From contig OZ076409.1 in NCBI GenBank assembly GCA_964187785.1, positions 64,232,001 to 64,296,000 of the forward strand: DNA of 64,000 nucleotides, read 5' to 3'. Both the position numbers and the translations under genes were made by a program. The stretch comes from Amphiscolops sp. MND2022. Lineage: Eukaryota. This document shows positions 58,978 to 64,000 of this stretch, piece after piece (positions within the stretch are counted from its first letter, which is position 1; every line of letters begins with the position of its first letter). The notes below the pieces were generated by a model, which saw only the letters and a program-made list of their open reading frames with translations, searched no databases and had not been told where the DNA came from.

Positions 58978-61900
58978 TCAGCAATACCCGAGCGACATCA
59001 GACTTGCAGACACTCCAAAACAAGTACGTCTTTTAACGCGGCGAGTAGGGCAAAAGGGTAACAGCTCCGAACGAGCTGCTCTAGCGGGCCTAACCTGCGC
59101 GCGTCGGGGACTCTCTTTCTCTTTGAGCAAAGTCGTGTGGCTGGTCCTCAGTCGCTTATGAATTGTGCTCCGGCCGAAGTATTCCACACTATGCCAGGGA
59201 TCATAACTGGCATCCAATCCGGTATGGCCGAAATCAATACTCAATCGGAGGTACTCCTCCAAAGACTGATCACTAGCACAGACTGTGGTAAATGAGCAAG
59301 GAAAGACTCTGGTAATACCACATCGGTAACACGGCAACACGGTACATCTGTGCGAACACTTCCAAAATGAACAACAGGTTAAGAGGGGGCCTTGTCAGTG
59401 AGACATAAACAACTTAAGCGGAACAGATGGTAGATATGCTTCGGCTCCTTGAGGGCGGGTAACTTGGACCTGAAATCCACCATGTCGTGAAATGCGTCGG
59501 GTCTAGAAATCAGAGATACCTTGGTCCCACGAAGATGACTCAGGACACTTATATATTCATCTCTGCATTCCTGCTCACTGGTGCCCTGGACCCACCCCCT
59601 CAATTTGAATCCTCGGTAAAGGTCGCTGAAACATCGAGTAGCGAAATACATTGGCATCTCCGTCAAGACAGCGGGATCGAAACAAGCCACCCCCCAACAT
59701 TGTTGGTAGTCATAGTGACATGTTTGCGAACCCCTTCGTTGAGGAAGAGATAGTAATTACGGGCAGAATTGCAAAACTTAGCCCGCAATTTAGTTACAAG
59801 GTCATCAAGGATTGAGCGGACCAGCTTCTTGTTACTAAGCTCTGCTGCCTCTTTCCGCCGTAACGCAGCATCCACTTTGCTAGTGAGATTGAGTCTATGT
59901 AGGAAGTCCTCATGCAACAACGCTTCCTGCCCCTCTGTATGAAGAGAAAGTAAGCCATTCCAGTCGACATCCTCCGGAACACAACGGTCTATCAAAAACC
60001 GCACGCACAACTTGTGGAGGAAGCGAGATGGTTGCCCATAAATATAGAATCCGGCATTCCCCATGTTGCTAAGTGAACGCTCGAAGCAAGTGACGACTAA
60101 AGCACAAGCACCACATATAAAACAAAGAACTCATGAAATTACTTCAATCCATAGGAAAATACAGTAGACGCAAAAAACTTATAGACACACAGAACATCGC
60201 AGACTTTAAACATGTAAAGATAAGCCGAACACGATGGATATTGTGGAAAGCGAATATTGTAAACTTACAGTCGTGCACGATCCTAGAGGACCGCTCGAGC
60301 TTCATGGTGAACAAGCCGTCCATCAGGATCATCCAGGCCGAGGTTTGCGGCTAAGGGAAAAAGAGTACCACGTTTAATAAACACTAATTCAGAATAAACA
60401 CTAAAATCAGATTGACACTGACTTTTTTTTCTAATTCCAGCAATTTCTTGGTAGCGGGTAGTTTTTCAGAGATATTCGCTCACTTGAGTCCAATGGGCCA
60501 ACAGTTCATGGCACACTAAGGGCAAAGTCACAAGCTCCAATTTACAAGCAATGATGGCCTCAAAAGTCAATGAACTTAAAATACGCACATGGAGGGATAA
60601 GGTAAGTAGAAACTGAAAAATACCTTGGTTAACTCGGGACACTCCAAAGTCCAACCCAGAAATAAACTGCCCCCAAGGGAAACCACGACCAAGGGAAACC
60701 ACGACGTTTTGGAGGACAGAAAAGAGATCCACCCTTTCAAACACACTGCGACTGTCCTTGTTAATAATGGACTGGAGATTGACAGTTTCAAAGCGGAATG
60801 GAGACTGAAGGGTATGCTGGAAAAACCCAGAGTCATCGACGGTTTGGATGAAGTCACTGGGACAACCAGAGACACCAACCAGCTGAGGGCGGGTAGAAAC
60901 AGCTGAGAGGATCCTTGATAACGATCCCATTTCTCCTGCTAAAGGGGGACTCTGTAAGCCATATCTGCATAGCAAAGCTTTGACAAGGCTGTCGTCCTTC
61001 CAGAAGCGAATAAATTTGTGTTTAAATCGTCCCACTTTTTCGAACTCCAGTGCGAACTGACCGTTAGTGAGAAGCTGCTGTCCCAAGTCCTTCAGCGACA
61101 AATGAAGAAATGGTGGAAGATATCCTAATAAACACAAAAGGGTGAACTGAGGAGGATATTCAATGAAGGGAATGCAGTTAAGGCATTAACAAAACAAAGA
61201 GAATGCGTAAACCTACGCCGATTTGAAAATAATTAAAGCAGGACTTACCGTCATTTTCTCCTCACTCCAGTCAAAGTCACTGAACATGCTTTGATGTTTA
61301 GTGAAGGTCCCAACATTCGTCCAAATGCCTCGCAGGGTTGTCAAGTCCCCAGAAGTCTTCAAATATTCACCAAATAGGCATAGTTGGGAGTAACTACGAC
61401 TTCTGTTGGAAGTGGAGCTGTCTCGTGCTGCCTTGAAATCCTGGTAAAAAGGCAGTTTCTCACCTAACTCAACCAACTTTTCGTCGATGACTTTGGGTAT
61501 TTCAAGTTCCTATTCAAACTTGTCAATCAGATTCCCCTTTTTGTCCCGAACAAAATGAGTAACGATCTTGCTCACTGGATCTGTCCTTACGAGGTGGGTG
61601 TAACGCCACTTCTGGTCCTTACGGAATCGTTCCGTGGAAGAGTAGTGACGTTTGACCTCCGCTGCACCTTTTCCATCAATGGAAACTTTTCTACAACAAA
61701 TTTGGCAGTAAAAGCATTGGGGATTGTCTAGGGGATTCATGGATCCGGGCAGAAATACCTGAGACTTTTCTATCTTCCGAAATTACGTCTCTTTGATTAT
61801 CTTGTCGGGCCGGCTCATTCGTTGTCGTTTTAGGGGGGATCACTGACCCCCACAGTTCTGGTAGATCTCTTACATCCGATAGGTTGTGAGGTTTCAGCTA

Positions 61901-63196
61901 TGGTCTGCTTACGGAGAAGTGCTATAGGGATTTGCTCCTGACTACTCCCGGACGCTTCTAAAGATCCAAACAGGTCCGCGTCCTGTCCTTCAACATCAGA
62001 GAGGCTAGGTAAACTCAAGTCGTTCTCCCCCGTCTGCATTGCACCACTGGTGTATCTTCCAGCAACGCTGCTACTGGAATGAACATCGCTGTAATCAGAT
62101 GAGCCGTCAACAAAAGGTATTGGTGTAGCTGCCCTTGCTCGCCCAGCCCGAAAAGACGGGTAGTAATTATCGGGTATTTTGCCGCCGCCGGAAAGCCTGG
62201 ATGCCCGCTGTAGAATACTGGTCGTCATCTCGAAAGAAGCATGTGCGATTTCATCGCAGGCCACTCTTATCAGGTTATAGACCTGATCCTCACTGGAAGC
62301 GACTGTAGTGTGGTCAGTCGGCAATTCCACGGGAGGGTTTTGTTCAAAATAACTCTTTAACAGAGAACGGGTAGGCCCAGTGAGTCGTCTGAGCTGAGGA
62401 TATGGGTCAACTAAATTCAGTCCAATTTCAGTCCGTTTTCACTCGGTTCCAGATTGCTCTGCATCAGAAGTATCTGTCCTTAATCCGAAGAGTGGTTCAG
62501 TCGCCTGATGGGTTCCATGAAGGACGGTAAAACAAGATTCTCCGGCAGCCGCAATGCGCTTTTCTTGTATGTCATCAAAAGAATGAGTTGGCCCTGGTGC
62601 CTTGATGCATTCGCCAAGACTGAGCACGTCGGAATCGCTGTCGAATTGGTCATGTATAACAGCCTTGTGAGCCAACGAGGTCCGAGCCGGTAGTTGTTCT
62701 GGCGTCTTGAGAAATTCTGGATCAGCAAGTGTACCAACTGTCCCTTCGTCACGACATACACGTGTAGGGGGTTTACTGGGAGACTCAGCAACTTTGGAAC
62801 TAGGGTTCCCCCTCTGGCCGACCTCGCTATCACCTTCGGGAATCGTGTCGCCTTGGGCGCACTTACGACTGACATAATCATGGGCATACTGGTTGATATC
62901 TTCACCAGAGCTACCGCTAGACTGAGACGCTCCAAGGGGACGAGTCAGGGAGACTGTTTCAGTGGACTGATTGAGACACTCTATTGGCAGTTCGGGATCG
63001 AGTTGTTGGTCAGGCTGATTGGATGTTGGATCATGCCTGAATGGAAGGGGATAAGGTTACGCGGAACATTTCCTGAGAAACAAAATTCATCTTGCCGCGC
63101 AAAAGCTTCCGGAAGCAGGATAGAAAACTTTTTCCAAACATTGATTGCCTGTATTTTGATGGAGGAAGTACCTAAAATAGAAAAAACCCTGATCAA
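58978..63196 (-). pseudogene. E3 antisense spliced gene, decayed homolog of the E2 gene
   Basis: Introns 61248-61125, 60623-60559, 60422-60351 and 60268-60097. Protein blocks align with E2 (FYCQIC, GQFALEFE, CKLELV, FRLSCLC, YDPW). Confidence 0.85.
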
Positions 63197-64000
63197 GCTA
63201 AAGTCCTTTGCAACAAATTAAACCAATCAAGAAAACTAACCTGAAACCGGAAATCCTAAGAAGTAGTGACCGGAAATAGATCTGATGTTCCTAATTAAAA
63301 GGTGTGTGATATAAGCAGGAAGTAGACGAAAAAAGCAAGAAGTAACTATTGAGAATGTGTAGATGACGGATAGTAGCAACTGGAAAAAGCTGAAGATAAT
63401 GAGACAAGTGGCAGACGAAACAATAACAGACTGTAAGTGAGTGGGTACTATTTGATCGAGGTTGTAGGATAAAGGACAGCATTGTAGCAAATGAGTAAAA
63501 TGACAGGTGAAAGGTGACACACGGACATGAATGGTGAAAATCAATGAAAGTGAATGTGGAAACGAATCAAAAGGTATTTAATACCACACGACTGACTAGC
63601 GAAACAAAGGCAATAAGCAATGAATAAATGAATAGTTTAATGAAACAATGGCAACGCGTGAACAGATTTGGAATGGTTAATTGGAGCTCGTGGCAATGAG
63701 ACATTTAAGCGTACATGTAAACACACGAAAGGTAAGTGCTTCTAGTCTGCCAGTTAGTGCACTTCAATTGTCCGACCTATATATATTTGGACATATTTGG
63801 ACAAAGAAAACCAGAAAGAAAATCCATTAGTGTGAAAAGATTAGGAATCTTTCGACATAAAAATTAAATTTTAACCAGACAGGATATGGAAAATTATTAA
63901 ATTAGCAAAAGCCTGTGGTTGGCTGAGGGCAATGGGGCAATGGCGAGCTAAATCGAAAACAAAATTTTATTTCCCACTTGAGAGACGATAGATGAGATGA

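Larger units (their letters stand above)
51557..64000 (+). mobile_element. E3: older degenerate relative of E2; 3' end lies outside the window
   Basis: Begins TGTCCCAGGCGGCCGCCTGCGATGGGAA, similar to the E2 LTR start. Has the same PBS at 52769 plus homologous gag, pol and antisense gene. Confidence 0.93.

Overview
This is repeat-rich animal genomic DNA (species not determinable from sequence). About 85% of it is Ty3/Gypsy LTR retrotransposon. E1 (minus strand, <1-20129, about 20 kb, 3' LTR cut by the window edge) has an integrase that appears to continue into an AT-hook, a Cys-rich motif and a macrodomain. It also has a large extra ORF in the env slot and a 2356-bp internal tandem duplication. 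E4 (21273-27163) is an old short-LTR element and E5 (30721-~33068) is a small deleted one. E2 (35277-51548) is young and complete, with about 1.68-kb LTRs and a GCACC target-site duplication. E3 (51557->64000) is an older diverged relative of E2 that starts 3 bp after E2's TSD. The main result is the architecture shared by E2 and E3. (i) Both carry an antisense gene with four GT-AG introns at identical positions and phases; the roughly 1,250-1,300-aa product looks like a catalytically dead BED-finger/hAT transposase. (ii) About 190-200 codons of Gag are encoded inside the LTR and read through the primer-binding site. (iii) In E2, a sense ORF reads through the PPT into U3; its C-terminal motif is conserved at the start of the E3 LTR. 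Host DNA includes two exons of an SLC35A-type nucleotide-sugar transporter and a deleted Tc1 element. All domain calls are by-eye motif recognition, not database searches.
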